From a virus: a stretch of 16,043 nucleotides of DNA. Both the position numbers and the translations under genes were made by a program. The notes under the pieces are model-generated. The model was not told where the DNA came from and searched no databases. It saw only the letters and a list, made by a program, of their open reading frames with translations. The stretch is from IMG/VR virus record IMGVR_UViG_3300033405_000009. One strand, written 5' to 3'. The first letter of the stretch is position 1. The number at the start of each line of letters is the position of its first letter. This document shows, in pieces, positions 14,394 to 16,043 of this stretch.

Positions 14394-14419
14394 ATACTGC
14401 GCATCGCGCAGAACTTACG
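14394..14419 (-). promoter_or_regulatory. Conserved promoter/leader motif, instance E: CGTAAGTT-N12-CAGTATT-N8-GGAGG-N7-ATG.
   Basis: Plus strand shows ATACTGCGCATCGCGCAGAACTTACG. The dyad TGCGC/GCGCA lies in the spacer. Confidence 0.5.
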
Positions 14420-14446
14420 TCGATTCGCTGAGTGTAGAATGGGCTC

Positions 14447-14944
14447 ATGTCCGATTTTCTATCAGAGGCCGTTCAAGAAGAAATCATTCCACTCCCGGAA
14501 GGGCTCAACGACGAAGAGAAGGAACGCTATCTTGCAATGATCAGAACAGCTTCCTCGGATCCGGAAGGATTCATTCGAGCAGCGAGTGACATTCTTTCTC
14601 GAACGAGTGGTCCATCTGCCCGGATCGCCAAGGCGCATAAAGAGAGGGTACTTCAGTCAATCGCTTATTCACTGGCGAGCGCTTCTCCCTTGCTGGATTT
14701 ACCGTCATCCACACTCTGTCTCCTTCTCAATATGGAGACAAATTTCCTCCGAGTGCTCGTTCAAGCTGCTCAGGCACGTTCAAGTGGAAGAGTTGTCATC
14801 GAAGAAGTCGACATGCCCGGACTTCTTGATACTGCCAAGGTCGCACATGTGATGGAAGAAGGCAGTGAAGACCAATATGAAAGTAAACAAATGGTCGAAC
14901 AAGGGGCTCCTCGTCCCATGCTGAAAAAGGCTGCCAGGCGATAA
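14447..14944 (+). CDS. Hypothetical acidic protein (165 aa).
   Basis: ATG start. A TAGAAT -10-like hexamer lies about 15 nt upstream. The stop overlaps the next gene's ATG region (TAATTATG). Confidence 0.45.
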   Translation: MSDFLSEAVQEEIIPLPEGLNDEEKERYLAMIRTASSDPEGFIRAASDILSRTSGPSARIAKAHKERVLQSIAYSLASASPLLDLPSSTLCLLLNMETNFLRVLVQAAQARSSGRVVIEEVDMPGLLDTAKVAHVMEEGSEDQYESKQMVEQGAPRPMLKKAARR

Positions 14945-14946
14945 TT

Positions 14947-15249
14947 ATGGACGTTCTCGTGGAAAGACTCCACAAGATTGCCGATCGTTTCCTAGAACTC
15001 GAGCAAATTAACAAGGGAGATGGACGAGCTGAAATGGCTCTCTATCTCAGGAGCGGGCTTGAGCGCGGCGACCGTGACCGTATGTTAGAGATCGGCAGAG
15101 CGACATCGCTCATTGAACGACATAGCCTTGTCAAATGGATTTTCATCCAAGCGATGATGGCCGCACTCAAATGTGATGAATGTGGGACTCTTGGATGTAG
15201 TCCGCACGACCCGGATCTCTGCGCGGTAATTCAGATTATGGGAGCTTGA
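14947..15249 (+). CDS. Hypothetical small protein (100 aa) with a C-terminal CDECGTLGCSPHDPDLC Cys cluster.
   Basis: ATG 2 nt after the upstream TAA. Confidence 0.4.
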   Translation: MDVLVERLHKIADRFLELEQINKGDGRAEMALYLRSGLERGDRDRMLEIGRATSLIERHSLVKWIFIQAMMAALKCDECGTLGCSPHDPDLCAVIQIMGA

Positions 15250-15287
15250 TGCAACGTAGAAGAGTGCTTCTACGTCTGGCTTGTAGC

Positions 15288-15794
15288 CTACATCATCGTG
15301 TGGGAGTTGACATCTCGAGAAACAAATCGGGCGTAAGTCCCGTTTGGTTTCTCTTCTGCTTCTACGATCCGGTGACAATTAGCACATAGTAGATCACATT
15401 TAGCGATTTCTGCAAGAATCTTAGCGGCAGATCGGGTTACCTGCTTACTAATCGTGAAAGATTTAGTTGATTTATCCCGATGATGCCAGTCCATGCATAC
15501 TGCAGGGAACTTTTGATTGCAACGACCACATGGTCCATTACGTAATTGGAGAAGCCAATCTCTTCGAGCTTGCTTGTTCTTATTAAGTAAGACTCTGCGC
15601 TTTCGTTTCCGTCCTACTGGATCAGCAATGATGGCTGACCAATAACCAGTAGGTTTTGTTAGGATGTTTCGTTGCTTGCATCTTTGTCGCAAAGATCTTT
15701 CTGCGACACCTAACTTGCGAGCGACAGTAGAAGTAGGTTCTGCTTCTAGCAAAGCAGCCAATTCATTATCTTCAGGCCAATTTGGTCTTACCAT
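15288..15794 (-). CDS. HNH endonuclease (168 aa) with an N-terminal HTH-like segment.
   Basis: CGRCNQKFPAVCMDWHHRDKSTK...CDLLCANCHRI is an HNH His-Me finger with Zn ligands. The N-terminus LAALLEAEPTSTVARKLGVAERSLRQRCKQ looks like a helix-turn-helix. The gene is AT-rich. Confidence 0.65.
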   Translation of the reverse strand: MVRPNWPEDNELAALLEAEPTSTVARKLGVAERSLRQRCKQRNILTKPTGYWSAIIADPVGRKRKRRVLLNKNKQARRDWLLQLRNGPCGRCNQKFPAVCMDWHHRDKSTKSFTISKQVTRSAAKILAEIAKCDLLCANCHRIVEAEEKPNGTYARFVSRDVNSHTMM

Positions 15795-15853
15795 TCCCTT
15801 AAAACAGGGGGATAAAAAGCCAGATATGGGAACTCACCAGCAGACGCGCTAGA

Positions 15854-16043
15854 TCAATTGCCAAACAGCCAGAATGGCACCTGAACGGTCGAACCCGGCG
15901 TAGCCTTGGTGTTGATGCTGAGGCTTGTTACGGGCTCCGAAGCCGCTGCAAGTGGGAGTGCAATCATCACAAGGCTGTTCGTGGAAATAGCGAAGTTATC
16001 TGCCACAGACCCGTTGATGCGAACTCCAAGGTCCATTCCCGTC
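15854..16043 (-). CDS. Possible 3' end of a longer gene that runs off the window (it ends ...TVQVPFWLFGN at 15854).
   Basis: The ORF track shows 15854..16036. The frame probably stays open to the window edge. The sequence is Ser/Thr/Ala-rich and looks like a structural protein. Confidence 0.25.
   Translation of the reverse strand, partial: TGMDLGVRINGSVADNFAISTNSLVMIALPLAAASEPVTSLSINTKATPGSTVQVPFWLFGN

Noticed and set aside
15870-15910. tRNA-like T-arm (GGTCGAACCCGG)
   Set aside because: I found no complete cloverleaf: no acceptor or anticodon stem and no CCA context. The isolated motif only resembles a T-loop.
1-16043. CRISPR array / large direct repeats
   Set aside because: I saw no regularly spaced direct repeats. 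The only recurrent element is the 26-nt promoter motif, which is at gene starts rather than arrayed.

Overview
This 16 kb window appears to be a phage-like (possibly large dsDNA phage or prophage) segment. It is densely coding, mostly on the minus strand. Many stop/start codons overlap as ATGA, TGATG or GTGA, and GGAGG-type Shine-Dalgarno sequences sit upstream of starts. The composition is a mosaic of two gene classes.

(1) GC-rich genes (about 60% GC). Each is preceded by the same roughly 26-nt bipartite promoter/leader motif, followed by GGAGG and ATG. They are a 5'-partial gene at 1..580, a BRCT-domain protein, a 533-aa VWA + HExxH metallopeptidase (DUF2201-like) protein, a MoxR/CobS-like AAA+ ATPase, and two hypothetical proteins.

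(2) AT-rich islands (about 40% GC) of small translationally coupled ORFs. These include three paralogous HNH endonuclease genes, one with an internally duplicated HNH module. They also include small proteins with host-like domains: L7/L12 C-terminal-like, KOW-like, YegP/DUF1508-like and a 2-TM membrane protein.

The MoxR ATPase and its expected VWA partner are separated by a 3.2 kb AT-rich cassette. That cassette carries an HNH gene whose start codon lies in the loop of a long hairpin, and a 230-280 bp highly structured non-coding region that begins with a variant of the promoter motif. A 20-bp perfect-stem hairpin lies immediately 3' of the VWA gene.

Many proteins end in x-(M/L)-E-S/N because GGAG/GGAA Shine-Dalgarno sequences are embedded in their last codons. 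No rRNA, tRNA or CRISPR array was recognised. The long plus-strand ORFs that overlap GC-rich minus-strand genes are antisense artefacts. The ORF track accepts ATG, GTG and TTG starts, so several starts were moved to internal ATGs. Coordinates I computed by hand may be off by 1-2 nt.
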